Part shown: positions 29,245 through 39,763 of the stretch, in pieces
Numbering within the stretch: position 1 is the first letter of the stretch
How the letters are laid out: each line of letters starts with the position of its first letter
Assembly (NCBI GenBank): GCA_965262715.1
Contig: OZ253553.1
Location: 736,001 to 800,000, forward strand
From: Bdellovibrionales bacterium
GTDB taxonomy: Bacteria > Bdellovibrionota > Bdellovibrionia > Bdellovibrionales > JAUICD01
Direction of reading: 5' to 3'
Length of the DNA stretch: 64,000 nucleotides
Program-made: the position numbers and the translations under genes
Notes under the pieces: model-generated
The model's database searches: none
Told to the model about the DNA's origin: nothing
The model's input: the letters and a program-made list of their open reading frames with translations, nothing else

Positions 29245-31746
29245 CTAATTTATAGAGTTATGTTGACTGAATATCTCATACTGAAGAGAGATATTTAATT
29301 CACCTGAGCCCCTAATATTGTAAGGATCTGTATTATCGAAAACATTTTCACTCAAGTGTAATTGTATATCATCTGAGGCATCTGAAAATGTGATTTCAAA
29401 ATCTTGATCAGAAACAATAACATTGTTTAATTTAAGAGATACTGAATTTATTTGTATATTAGAAGAGTCTTGATGTTTTGGATCAGTGGGTAATAAAAGT
29501 GAATGTTCTCTGATATTATTTCTTAAACTACCCGCTTCGTATTGAATAAAAATTTCTGCCCCACTTGGAGGAGGGTTTGAAAAAACAATTTCCCCATTTT
29601 TAATAGAAAAATCGTATTCTGGCTGTTCATTCACTGTTACAAAGACATAATTTTTGTTAATAGCTGTATTCTGATTTAAGTGCCAATAAGATTGCAGTTG
29701 TTGACTTCCATCTGGTGTGCTAGAGTGAACATCTTCTATTTGAATATCCATTACATCTGTACTGACTGCTAAATTACTGGTTAAGGAAATATATCTATCC
29801 TCTAAAGGCAAAAGAGCATTTAATCCTTCTTGGTCTTCAACAAAATATTCTATTTTATAAGTAATATCTACCTGATCTCTAATTTGACCAAGGATATTAT
29901 CCATATCTTGATCGTTAAGATTTTTAATATCGAACCATTGACCAGATGTTGCATCGGAAAGAGAAGGGTGCCCAAAGTAATCTTTGGAGAATCCACCGTA
30001 ATCCTGAGCTAAAGTAAAAACTTGTATATTATTATCCTTAAGAGCTTTGATAGTGTCTTCATAATCTGGTGCTCTTTCTTTTGATTCACCTTTGTTAACT
30101 GAGGTCCAAAACAGAGCATCTGTGATCAAAATAACTATACGTTGACTATCAGTACTCCATGGCACTTGGGATGCTGAAAGTACTCCTCCTAATGCATTTT
30201 GAGGATAACTACCGCCTTTTTGAAACTCTAATCTAGAGATATCACTTAAAAATTTTAAAGCGTTATCATTTTGAGGAGTAAGAGGATTATCTGGAAAGAA
30301 ACTATTACAATATCTTTTCACTAAATCTTTAAATGCCACAAAACAGAAACTTGTATATAGCTGAGTTTCTTCTAATTTATTTACAAAATAAGTGATATTT
30401 TCTTTAACAATATGACCATATTCATCCATACTGCCGCCTGTATCAATTGCAAAAACTACTTCTAATGTGTGGTCAAGTTTTTGACTTTGAGAAGAAAGTG
30501 TGTAACTTTCTATTTCTATTTGATTTTCCAAAAGGTGTAGATTATTTTTTTCTAAATCTCTAACATTTAAACCATAATGATCAAAAGCTTGAAAAAATAG
30601 AGTCATTTTATTTTTATTATATGCTGATTGAAAGAATGAATCTTCATTTAGCGCATAGCTGAAAGTATCATGGAATTCATGTTGAGACTTTCTTTCTATA
30701 ACTTTTGGAGGAAGTTGTTTGATAATAAAAGATGTTTTTATATCTGGTTGAACGTCTATAGGTTGGAGGACATTGATTTCATGTTGGGGGTTTATATTTA
30801 AAACATTTGGTATATCTTGAGGTTGGTAAGAAAGGTTAGAATTGTTTTCAAGACGAAAAGTGGGTGGAAGTACTTGAATGGAAGGAGAATCTATATTTGT
30901 ACTACTGTGAGTTTGAATTAACTCTGTTGCAGGTATCGAATTTAAATCTGATTGTAAGTTTGTTAAATTAGGTGAATTTATATGGGCTGTATCTACATAA
31001 GTGATGGGACTGCTTGGTTTTATATCAATGGTTAGAGATGGTGTTGAGGTTATAGTGGGTCTTAAATTCGTAGCATTAAGTGTATTTATATGAACTTGAT
31101 TTGTGTAAGAAGTCTGTAGTGGTGTTTTTATATTTGTTGTAGGTGAGTCTAAGTTTGTGACGTTAGACGTGTCTATGTTCACTGAGTCCATATAAAGTGT
31201 GTGAAGCATAATTGGTTTTTTTATATCTGTGAGTGGATTTGAATTTATATCTGATTTTAAACTTATAATAGGGGCGTCTACAGAATTCATATAAGAAATA
31301 AGAGGTGATGAATTTATATTGATAATTGGAGAAGAAGTCGTATTTATATTTAATTTTAAAGGTGTAGTTATATTAACTGAGCTCATATAAGATGTATGGG
31401 CTGTATCAGGTATTTTTATTGTATTTAGATATAAACTTGAACCTAAGTTTAAACCTGCAACACTAAATGCATGCTCTATAGCATAGGATGTGTGTGTCAT
31501 ACTTGGTGGTTCTATATGAGGTGTTTGATGTATGTTGATATATTCAGCAGTGGATGGAGAGGGTATTGCAATTAATGAATAGGCTTGGTTATTTGGAGTA
31601 ATTAAAGGTCTAGATGGAATGAGAGGCGCAAGTGGTGCTGGAGGTAATCTAGTAGGTCGCTTTATATTATAAAAAAAAGCTTGTTTACCACAACCAGAGT
31701 TTAGAATAATAATAAATAAAGCAAGATAGTTGAGAAGTTGTTTCAT
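29245..31746 (-). CDS. vWA-domain lipoprotein with a long Pro/Thr/Asn-rich repeat stalk
   Basis: Lipobox-like NSGC; VFAIDTGGSM, VILITDA. Confidence 0.8.
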   Translation of the reverse strand: MKQLLNYLALFIIILNSGCGKQAFFYNIKRPTRLPPAPLAPLIPSRPLITPNNQAYSLIAIPSPSTAEYINIHQTPHIEPPSMTHTSYAIEHAFSVAGLNLGSSLYLNTIKIPDTAHTSYMSSVNITTPLKLNINTTSSPIININSSPLISYMNSVDAPIISLKSDINSNPLTDIKKPIMLHTLYMDSVNIDTSNVTNLDSPTTNIKTPLQTSYTNQVHINTLNATNLRPTITSTPSLTIDIKPSSPITYVDTAHINSPNLTNLQSDLNSIPATELIQTHSSTNIDSPSIQVLPPTFRLENNSNLSYQPQDIPNVLNINPQHEINVLQPIDVQPDIKTSFIIKQLPPKVIERKSQHEFHDTFSYALNEDSFFQSAYNKNKMTLFFQAFDHYGLNVRDLEKNNLHLLENQIEIESYTLSSQSQKLDHTLEVVFAIDTGGSMDEYGHIVKENITYFVNKLEETQLYTSFCFVAFKDLVKRYCNSFFPDNPLTPQNDNALKFLSDISRLEFQKGGSYPQNALGGVLSASQVPWSTDSQRIVILITDALFWTSVNKGESKERAPDYEDTIKALKDNNIQVFTLAQDYGGFSKDYFGHPSLSDATSGQWFDIKNLNDQDMDNILGQIRDQVDITYKIEYFVEDQEGLNALLPLEDRYISLTSNLAVSTDVMDIQIEDVHSSTPDGSQQLQSYWHLNQNTAINKNYVFVTVNEQPEYDFSIKNGEIVFSNPPPSGAEIFIQYEAGSLRNNIREHSLLLPTDPKHQDSSNIQINSVSLKLNNVIVSDQDFEITFSDASDDIQLHLSENVFDNTDPYNIRGSGELNISLQYEIFSQHNSIN

Positions 31747-31968
31747 ATAATAATAGTTACTCTTTAGTTTTCTAAATCCTATTTTTTGTCTCTGACTTAA
31801 TCAGAAAGAGTTATCACACAATATAAAAGTCTGAATCAATATAGATAAGGGTTATATAAAAATTATCCTTTGGTTATCAAATATAATAAAGATGTTTTTT
31901 TAATATATTGACCTTTGATTTAAATAACTTGTCTTTTAGAACTAAAGACTTAGAAGAGGTTATCTAGT

Positions 31969-33759
31969 TTAAATAGCTTCATAAGAAAACGATATGCTTA
32001 ACCCCTTTGATTGTCTTATATTAAAGGGATCTTCGTCAGAGAAAACATTACTTCTAAGGTTTAGCAAAATACTGCCATCATCTGCAGACTCAACCTCAAA
32101 ATAGGTTTGATCTGCCTTCTTTTCATTGAGGAATAAAGAGAGGTTTGAAACTTCTATATGGTTAGAAGACTGTAAGATTAAAGGGTGTTTTTTTACATTG
32201 TTGATTAAGCTTTCAAATTCATATCTTACAAGAATTTCAGAACTGTTTGGAGGAGGCTCTTCAAAAAATATCTGTCCATTTTCAATAAAAAAGTCGTTTC
32301 CTATTTTTTGCCTAACTCTATTAACTGTTACAGTGACATTATCTTTCTTGATATCTGGTTCATTTAAAGGCCAATGAGATAGTAATTGGTCAGCACCTTC
32401 CGGTAGATTGGAATGAATACTTTGAACTTCTATTTGAACATCTTCTTCATGAGAATTTTGTATTGTGGTTGTAGTTAAGTTGATTTCTCTGTCTTCTAAA
32501 GCTAAGAAAGGATTTAGTCCTTCTTGATATTCAACAAAGTATTCTATTTTATAGAATATATTAAGTTGCTCTCTAATGTGGTTAAAAATATTTTGTATAT
32601 TTCTTTCTTCAAGAGTTTTAATATTAAACCACTGGCCTGATGTTGCTTCTACAAGAGAAGGGCATTTGAAATAGTCTTTAGAAAACCCATTGTAGTCTTG
32701 AGTTAAAGCAAAAAGTTGTATATTACTTTCTTTCAGCGCATTAAGAACAGTTTGATAATCAGGTGCCTCTCTTGATTCAGGACGTGAATTGTAAAGTGGA
32801 ATCCAAAAAAGGGCATCTGTAGCAAGAATGATCATGCGTTGATTACCAGGATTCCATGGAGTGTGTCTAATTGCTTCAAGCATTCCTCCTAATACATTTT
32901 CATGATATTCATTATATCCTCTATGTAATCTTAGACGTGAGATATCATCTAAAAATTTTAAAACATTTTCATTTTGAAGTGTTAAAGGGTTATCTGGGTA
33001 AAAGAATCTGCATCTCTTTTCTATTGAATCTCTAAATGTAACAAGGCAGAGATTTACATGCATTTGATCTTCTTCTAGTTTATTGACCAAATAGGTAATA
33101 TTATTTTTAATCATATCAATATATCTTTCCATAGAGCCTGCTGTATTGATGACAAAGACTACTTCTAATTTATGATCAAGTCGTTCTCTTTCAGAAGATA
33201 GTGTGTAACTTTTTATGTCAATTTGATTTTCTGAAAGATGTAGGTCATCTTTTTGTAAGTCTCTAACATTGAAACCATAATGATCAAAAGCTTGAAAAAA
33301 TAAAGTGGTTTTATTGTTTTCATTTGTTATTTGCTGAAATGATTTTTGAATCCATCGATAGGGAAAAAAGTCTTGAAATAAATGATGAGATTTTTGTTGT
33401 GCTACTGGAGCAGCTTTAGGAGGAAGAGGAGTGGTAGTAATACTGGGAGCAGGAGAAATAGAGAAGGCAGTGATAGTAGGAGCAGGAAATATAGAGGAGG
33501 TTGGTTGTATGGGGTTGGTAGGTATAAGTTGTTTTGAAGGGATATTAGGTGAGTTTTTCTTTGGTATAGTGTTTTGTACAGGTGATTTAGAGTTGATAGA
33601 TTGATTTGGTTTTACATTAAAAGCAGGTCTTTGGGCATTATGTTTTAGGCTATTTGTCTGTCTAATGGGCTTTGTATGAAAAAGTGCGTTCTTACTGCAT
33701 CCTAATTGAAGAGTTAGAATTATTAGTGATAGTGATAAAAAAAAATTATTTTTCTTCAT
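31969..33759 (-). CDS. vWA-domain lipoprotein, paralog of the adjacent gene
   Basis: QLGC lipobox; VFVINTAGSM; shared LFFQAFDHYG and ATSGQWF. Confidence 0.8.
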   Translation of the reverse strand: MKKNNFFLSLSLIILTLQLGCSKNALFHTKPIRQTNSLKHNAQRPAFNVKPNQSINSKSPVQNTIPKKNSPNIPSKQLIPTNPIQPTSSIFPAPTITAFSISPAPSITTTPLPPKAAPVAQQKSHHLFQDFFPYRWIQKSFQQITNENNKTTLFFQAFDHYGFNVRDLQKDDLHLSENQIDIKSYTLSSERERLDHKLEVVFVINTAGSMERYIDMIKNNITYLVNKLEEDQMHVNLCLVTFRDSIEKRCRFFYPDNPLTLQNENVLKFLDDISRLRLHRGYNEYHENVLGGMLEAIRHTPWNPGNQRMIILATDALFWIPLYNSRPESREAPDYQTVLNALKESNIQLFALTQDYNGFSKDYFKCPSLVEATSGQWFNIKTLEERNIQNIFNHIREQLNIFYKIEYFVEYQEGLNPFLALEDREINLTTTTIQNSHEEDVQIEVQSIHSNLPEGADQLLSHWPLNEPDIKKDNVTVTVNRVRQKIGNDFFIENGQIFFEEPPPNSSEILVRYEFESLINNVKKHPLILQSSNHIEVSNLSLFLNEKKADQTYFEVESADDGSILLNLRSNVFSDEDPFNIRQSKGLSISFSYEAI

Positions 33760-33950
33760 AGTGGTTTTATTTGTTTAGTTATAATTGTTTAATATTTCGG
33801 TCATATTGATAGATAAGACATCGCATTAAAGTCTTAATAAAGTCTAGAAAACCTTGTGTTTTATACTATGTATAAAGTGGATAGCTTTTTAAGAAACTTA
33901 CTGACTGGTCTTATGCAAGACATTTTAATAGGGTCAATTGTTAAGATGGC

Positions 33951-34379
33951 TTAAAAAGAAGGTTTGAGTACAGCAATGAAAATAATAAGGACTAAAAAAA
34001 GTGTTGGGATGTGGCTGATCAAGCGACATTGCAAAGAGGATAAAAATATCTCACCTTTAACAAATCGGGATAAAGTATAGCCAACAAAGAAATGATAAAA
34101 AATGAGTAAAAATAGCAGAGTCAATTTGAGATGAAACCAACCCATCTTCATATAAAAGAAACTTTGTAAGAGAAGAGCAAAGCCAAAAATAAGAGTTAGG
34201 ATCATGAAAGGGGTTGTTACGAAAAAATATAGACGATAAGACATTTTTTGCAGAAGAGATGTGATTTCTTTAGATTGGGCATTTTCTATATAGTATCTGA
34301 AAATATAGAATATGTAGATAAGTCCAGCAAACCAGCCTACCATAGAGATCAAATGTAGAGCTTTAAGAGTTAAAAACAT
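33951..34379 (-). CDS. HemJ/CopD-family membrane protein
   Basis: KALHLISMVGWFAGL, WFHLKL, four TM helices. Confidence 0.7.
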   Translation of the reverse strand: MFLTLKALHLISMVGWFAGLIYIFYIFRYYIENAQSKEITSLLQKMSYRLYFFVTTPFMILTLIFGFALLLQSFFYMKMGWFHLKLTLLFLLIFYHFFVGYTLSRFVKGEIFLSSLQCRLISHIPTLFLVLIIFIAVLKPSF

Positions 34380-34601
34380 ATCTTACCTCATTTTAAAATC
34401 AAATTTTATAGATATATAGCTTATGAGTCATCATGGCTTTTGTGTATTAGACAGTTTTAGATGGCTCTGATTTAAGTAATTCTAAGGTTATTTGTTTCAT
34501 CTCATATTTATGTAGAAATTCTATTGTTATAGATTATGAATTAAGTGTATGCTATCAATATAGTCATAAATATGTCAAGGTGGGCAAAATAGGAGAATAT
34601 C

Positions 34602-35606
34602 ATGGAATCTCAAGATGAATTTCAATTTAAACCCATTAATGAGGGTTTAGGTTTTCATAAGAAGAAACCAGTTATTAATTTAGATTTTGATGAAAATATG
34701 AGCCATCAGGAACTATCGACTCAGCCGGGGATAAATAGAACGCAGTTTGACAGTCAGTATCAACAAGGCTCTTCACTTCATGGGACTTTTCAACAAAAAG
34801 ACAAGGAAATACCTTATATAACAGATCCGGGGATTCAGTTTGATAGTGAAATTGACAAAAATGCATTTGATGAAACTCAAAGCATGATGACTTACCAGGG
34901 TGATATTTTTTCTTCTCACTTGCAACCTGAACCGTCAAAAAAAACCACTCAAGTATCAAATGCTAAAACCACAGATGTGATGCCAAACGCTGCTATAAAT
35001 TCTTTTTCTCAAAAACACCACTTATCACAACAACAACATGCAGATCAACAAGCCTCTTATTCTAATCTTTCTCAATCTATTCATCCTAATACTCATTTTA
35101 ACTCAACTTATCAGGCCGATCTAAATTCTCCAAAAGAGATGCTATCTCATAAGATGGCTGAAAATATTGCATCTCATCAAAAGGTTCAAAACCTTGCTCC
35201 TCATTTTGGAGCATGGTTATTAGATTTGTTTGTAATTATAGGTCTTGTTCACATTTGTGTTGTTCCTTTACTATTTATCACTGAGTTGAGTGTTTCATAT
35301 ATCTTAACAGGTATCCAAACAGACTTTGCCTTGCAGATCAGTTTAGGCATTTTATTTCTTTCTGTTTTGAATTTTTATTTAATAACTACCAGAAACTTTT
35401 TTGGAGCTACATTAGGGGAATGGTCATTTGACATTGCTGTAGGGGATTTAAAGAAGAGGCAATCTTCTGTTTATCCTATTTTGGTAGCCTGGAGATGTTT
35501 GTTGATGAATATAACGGGTATTATTACCTTACCTTTTTTGGGATTGATCACCAGGACAGACATATTAGGAAAACTCACTTCTGTCCGGCTCACAAGATCT
35601 CTTTAG
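34602..35606 (+). CDS. RDD-family membrane protein with a disordered N-terminus
   Basis: FKPINEGLGFH N-terminus; AWLLD…TLGEW. Confidence 0.7.
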   Translation: MESQDEFQFKPINEGLGFHKKKPVINLDFDENMSHQELSTQPGINRTQFDSQYQQGSSLHGTFQQKDKEIPYITDPGIQFDSEIDKNAFDETQSMMTYQGDIFSSHLQPEPSKKTTQVSNAKTTDVMPNAAINSFSQKHHLSQQQHADQQASYSNLSQSIHPNTHFNSTYQADLNSPKEMLSHKMAENIASHQKVQNLAPHFGAWLLDLFVIIGLVHICVVPLLFITELSVSYILTGIQTDFALQISLGILFLSVLNFYLITTRNFFGATLGEWSFDIAVGDLKKRQSSVYPILVAWRCLLMNITGIITLPFLGLITRTDILGKLTSVRLTRSL

Positions 35607-35687
35607 AAGCCATCTCAAAAATAACGTTCTATAACATTTAAGAAGTCGAATTGCAAAATGCAAAATATTATTTTATGAGATGGCTTC
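35606..35687. mobile_element. Family-4 MITE with TA flanks
   Basis: TA|GAAGCCATCTCA…TGAGATGGCTTC|TA. Confidence 0.75.
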
Positions 35688-35690
35688 TAG

Positions 35691-35766
35691 TCAAAATGGA
35701 CGGACTCTTTTGAAGTGCGTATGTGCACTTTAAAAGAGCCATAAGGGTCCATTTTGAGTGAGACAG
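35691..35766 (+). repeat. Divergent family-1-like hairpin
   Basis: TCAAAATGGAC/GTCCATTTTGA enclosing CTCTTTTGAAGTGC/GCACTTTAAAAGAG; ends GTGAGACAG. Confidence 0.6.
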
Positions 35767-35901
35767 TCCTTTTATATAGAGTCTAAACTAAGAGGTTGTT
35801 TTGAAAACGTGATGACAGGAAGTAATTTTGAAATGAGTTCTAAAATCACTTGCGCATAACATCTCATTATGGCATTTTTTGAACATAATGGAGTTAGATG
35901 A

Positions 35902-36894
35902 ATGTCATCCTTAGATAAAGCTTTACTTTTAAAAATATATGATCTCATGGTACAGTCACGTATTCTTGAAGAGCGCATGATCAAAATTTATAAAAGTGGT
36001 CAGGCTTATTTTTGGATTGGAGGCCCTGGTGAAGAGGGGTTTGGAGTTCCATTAGGATTGTTAGTCTTAAAAGGTTCTGGGGCTAATTACGATTATTTGC
36101 ATTTACATTATAGATCTTCATCTACTTTGCTGGCAATGGGAATGCCATTTGAAGTGGCTATTCGTTTGATTATGAATAAGGCAACAGATATGCAAACAGG
36201 AGGGAGACTTTTTGCCAGTCACTATTGTTATCCTCCTTGGAATGTCATGCCTGTCACATCTCCTATAGAAGTTCAATATTCTTTGTCTATTGGAACAGCT
36301 TGGGCTCAACGTAGAAGAAAATCTCGTGGGATCACTATAGTTGGTGGAGGTGATGCTGGAACAGCAGAAGGAGATTTTGCAACTTGCTTGATATGGTCAT
36401 CTCGACCTAAAAATGAATTACCTCTTTTGATTATAGTTCAAAATAACCGGCATGGAATTTCAACATCTTATGAATCACAGCATGGAGAGGAGAAAATAAC
36501 TCATCGAGGTGAGGCTTTTGGTATGAGAACAGCTGTGATCAATGGTATAGATCCTGTTGAATGTTATCTCAAATTAAAAAGCGAAATAGACTATATACGA
36601 AAAAACAAACGTCCTGTTTTAGCAGAGGTTGAAGTATCTCGAATGTATGGGCATTCTTCTGCAAGTGGGGCAAACTTAGACCTGTCTGCTCCAGACCCTT
36701 TAAAAGACTTTGAATTGAAGCTGCTTAAGGATAATTTAATAAAGGAGGCAGATATTAAAATTTTATATAAAAAATACTATGATATTTGCCTTAAAATCAC
36801 TGAAGAGGTGCGTTTGGAAGCTGACCCTTCAAAAGAGTCTATTTGGGATCATGTTTATTATGGAAATGAAAATGCTAACTGGAGATACTTTTAA
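35902..36894 (+). CDS. ThDP-dependent 2-oxoacid dehydrogenase E1 alpha subunit
   Basis: GDAGTAEGD…QNN ThDP motif; R.YGHSS. Confidence 0.9.
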   Translation: MSSLDKALLLKIYDLMVQSRILEERMIKIYKSGQAYFWIGGPGEEGFGVPLGLLVLKGSGANYDYLHLHYRSSSTLLAMGMPFEVAIRLIMNKATDMQTGGRLFASHYCYPPWNVMPVTSPIEVQYSLSIGTAWAQRRRKSRGITIVGGGDAGTAEGDFATCLIWSSRPKNELPLLIIVQNNRHGISTSYESQHGEEKITHRGEAFGMRTAVINGIDPVECYLKLKSEIDYIRKNKRPVLAEVEVSRMYGHSSASGANLDLSAPDPLKDFELKLLKDNLIKEADIKILYKKYYDICLKITEEVRLEADPSKESIWDHVYYGNENANWRYF

Positions 36895-36940
36895 ATATCT
36901 TTCTTTTGGAGATGGCTTCTAATTGTTGTAAGTGATAACT

Positions 36941-37312
36941 CTAAAAAGGTTTTTTCAATTGGCATTTAGTACTTATTTTATATCTATTTTTTGCCAATTT
37001 TAAATAAACAAAATTAACCGCTTTTCTGAGGGGCCAGGGCCAAAGTATCCATCCAATAAGAAATAAGAGTGGAAGTTTCTGGCAAATCTTAAGTACAGCA
37101 TCACCACCTCCATATATTTTTTCACTAGAACTAATAAGCTTTATTTCTCTTTCGCATTTTTCAGGTTTAAGTGTAGAAAATTCTAAGTATAAACTTTGGT
37201 CTTGAGATGGGCGACACTGAAATCTATCAAACCAATCTAGTTTTTCTAAAAGTAACCGGGATTTTTCACATATTCCACAATCTCCGTCGTACACAACAAT
37301 CATTTTCTTCAT
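36941..37312 (-). CDS. DCC1-like thiol-disulfide oxidoreductase (DUF393)
   Basis: YDGDCGIC; Y..LAKNRY. Confidence 0.88.
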   Translation of the reverse strand: MKKMIVVYDGDCGICEKSRLLLEKLDWFDRFQCRPSQDQSLYLEFSTLKPEKCEREIKLISSSEKIYGGGDAVLKICQKLPLLFLIGWILWPWPLRKAVNFVYLKLAKNRYKISTKCQLKKPF

Positions 37313-37377
37313 AAAATCATACCTTGATAGGATGCCTTATCTCTGGATTTATTGACCAGATCTTTTGCAGCATCTTC

Positions 37378-38277
37378 TCATTTTGGAAATTCAAATTTAA
37401 ATCCATTATCGATTAATCTTTTAGGTAACACATATCGACTTTTTAACAGAAGTTCTGAATCTGTTCTTAGGAAAAAAGCTCCAATCTCTAACATCCATTT
37501 TGTCAAAGGAAAACAGATGGATATTCCCCAAGCTGCTCGAAGAGAGGACATAAAATGTTTTTGTGGTAGTGGGTTAGGTGAACAAATATTGATCACACCA
37601 CTTATACTTTTTTTGCTAATTAAAAACAAAATAGCATGAACAAAATCTTTTTCATGAATCCATGAAATATATTGAGATCCGCCATCTACAGGCCCACCAA
37701 GACCGAATTTTGTAAGTGATAAAAGAGTATCAAATATACCTTTTTTATCTGGGCTCATAACTATTGAAGATCTTAAGGCAACTTTCCGTGTATTAGGTGT
37801 ATTAGACTCAAAAATAGTTTTTTCCCATTGAGTAGCAATTTTAATACTAAAACTCCAATAGCTAGGTACATTTGGCTCATGTCCACCAATAATCCCTGTC
37901 TCTTCATCATTCGGTTTCTCGTAAGAATGGGCATAGATGGTGGCTGTACTCATTTGTAACCAAAGTTGAGGTGGATTTTTTGCCTTTGCGATGGCCTCAC
38001 TAATGACTTTTGTTGAATCTATCCGTGAATTTAGCATGTCAGTGAGATTTTGATCTGAATATCTGCAATTAACATTTCTTCCTGCAAGATTGATGATAAT
38101 ATCACAGCCATCTATTTTTTTATGCCAAGGCCCTAGTGTTTTGCCATCCCAATATAAGTAGTTGTCTTTTTTATCTGCTGAACGTGTGAGAATGTAAACT
38201 TCATAATTTTTACTTTGAAACTCTCGAAGTAAAATATTTCCAATTTGTCCAGATCCTCCAGCAATAACAATTTTCAC
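37378..38277 (-). CDS. TIGR01777-type NAD-dependent epimerase, C-terminally truncated by a TGA
   Basis: IAGGSGQIG, NLAGRNV; the frame continues past the TGA to 37309. Confidence 0.85.
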   Translation of the reverse strand: MKIVIAGGSGQIGNILLREFQSKNYEVYILTRSADKKDNYLYWDGKTLGPWHKKIDGCDIIINLAGRNVNCRYSDQNLTDMLNSRIDSTKVISEAIAKAKNPPQLWLQMSTATIYAHSYEKPNDEETGIIGGHEPNVPSYWSFSIKIATQWEKTIFESNTPNTRKVALRSSIVMSPDKKGIFDTLLSLTKFGLGGPVDGGSQYISWIHEKDFVHAILFLISKKSISGVINICSPNPLPQKHFMSSLRAAWGISICFPLTKWMLEIGAFFLRTDSELLLKSRYVLPKRLIDNGFKFEFPK

Positions 38278-38284
38278 AATCACC

Positions 38285-39028
38285 TCAACGGCCAAAGCTT
38301 TTTCCAGCAATCCAATAATGTTCAATGTTTTTCATAATTAAGGCATGATCAAACTCTATGCTCCCAGTTGGAAATAGTTTTTGATTATTAAAATAACTAG
38401 AGTCTATTTTCTCAACATGCAGAGGTTTTACCTTCCAATTGTCTGTTTTAAATTCTAATGATTGAAAATTTCTAGAACATCTTGTTAGAGAGTAGCCAAT
38501 AGATCCCTTTTTAAAAAAATTTGATGCTTCCTCTAAAGAGGAGAACATCGAATTTTTGGGAAACTCGCTACCTTCATTACAATTTATCTTTAGATAAGTT
38601 CTATCTTTTTTATTTCGAAAAGAAATTTCATAATTTTTTTCATATTCATTCACATTAAAGTCAGAAGTGTAATGAACTCCAGGGAACAATCGTCCACCAA
38701 ATATAGAATTGAGAATTAATGAAGTGTCCCTTCGAGGAATATATACACCCTTTTTAGTCTCTCCTTGATCTTCCCATTGAATAGCAAAGCGATGAGCAGC
38801 ATTTTCAGATTTTATACCAATAAACTTTGGAAAAAATAAAGGTCTAGTTTGCTTCAATTTAATCAAGCAGACTCCAACTGAAGCGTATCCATTGTGGACA
38901 ATTGGAGTAAAAGGTGTCGGTAAGAGATTTTTTGCCACTATAGGATCCAGTTTGTAATTGATAAGGATTCTCCTATCTATGATTCCTTTGATTTTAGTAA
39001 AATAAACCTTATTCATTTTTTTCCTCAT
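38285..39028 (-). CDS. DUF2071/YqjF-family protein
   Basis: RRILINY, SENAAHR, GVYIPRRDT, GGRLFPG.H. Confidence 0.8.
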   Translation of the reverse strand: MRKKMNKVYFTKIKGIIDRRILINYKLDPIVAKNLLPTPFTPIVHNGYASVGVCLIKLKQTRPLFFPKFIGIKSENAAHRFAIQWEDQGETKKGVYIPRRDTSLILNSIFGGRLFPGVHYTSDFNVNEYEKNYEISFRNKKDRTYLKINCNEGSEFPKNSMFSSLEEASNFFKKGSIGYSLTRCSRNFQSLEFKTDNWKVKPLHVEKIDSSYFNNQKLFPTGSIEFDHALIMKNIEHYWIAGKSFGR

Positions 39029-39684
39029 AGATTTGGCAAAAAATCTCTTAAAAGCGAGATAACAGTTTTTCTGAAAGGTATTGATATAGGACTTTTAAAA
39101 GCTTGGTTCAGAGAGTTTATTAAAGGCACAGTCTTATTGATAAGTTTAAAAGTTTTTTTAGATTTTTTTGATTGATCATAAATCCAATACAAAATAACTC
39201 CCATTTGATAGAGCCAAAGATATTTAGGAAGTAAATCTTTTAAATCAGCACTGAATTTGTCATCACTACCGTTTACGACATCTTCAAAGATCTTTAGTGA
39301 TTTAAGCCTAAGTTTTTTGGATTCATCACTAAAAGGTGATAAGGGGCTTAGAGGATTTGCCGCAATTCTGTATAAGGCAGTAGCCATTTTTTTGTAGGGT
39401 AGTGCTCCTTCAATTTTACTGGTTACAACTTTATGTAAACGTTTTTCAAAAGACTTTTCTTCATTTAAGAAGTTTCCTAACTCTTCAATATGTTTATCAT
39501 GAGACTGCTTGTAATACTCATAAACAAAACTTTCTTTACTTTCAAAGTAGTAATAGGCAGCACCTGGTGTCATACCTGCCTCAGATGCGAGCAATCTCAT
39601 TGTAATTCCCTCAAAACCTTTTTCAGAGATCATCGCAGTTGCGATATTAAATAGTTTTTTTTTGGTTATTTCTGATTTACGCAT
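39025..39684 (-). CDS. TetR family regulator
   Basis: N-terminal HTH (TMRLLASEAG…AYYYFESKE); SPLSPFS. Confidence 0.92.
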   Translation of the reverse strand: MRKSEITKKKLFNIATAMISEKGFEGITMRLLASEAGMTPGAAYYYFESKESFVYEYYKQSHDKHIEELGNFLNEEKSFEKRLHKVVTSKIEGALPYKKMATALYRIAANPLSPLSPFSDESKKLRLKSLKIFEDVVNGSDDKFSADLKDLLPKYLWLYQMGVILYWIYDQSKKSKKTFKLINKTVPLINSLNQAFKSPISIPFRKTVISLLRDFLPNL

Positions 39685-39692
39685 TTTTCACC

Positions 39693-39763
39693 TTTTTAAA
39701 CATGTTTAAAAATTAACAGGCACAGAAGAAGAATGCAAGTATTTTTTTAAACATACTTAAAAA
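39693..39763. promoter_or_regulatory. Two putative TetR operators
   Basis: Perfect 20-bp palindrome TTTTTAAACATGTTTAAAAA and a 2-mismatch copy at 39744. Confidence 0.7.
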
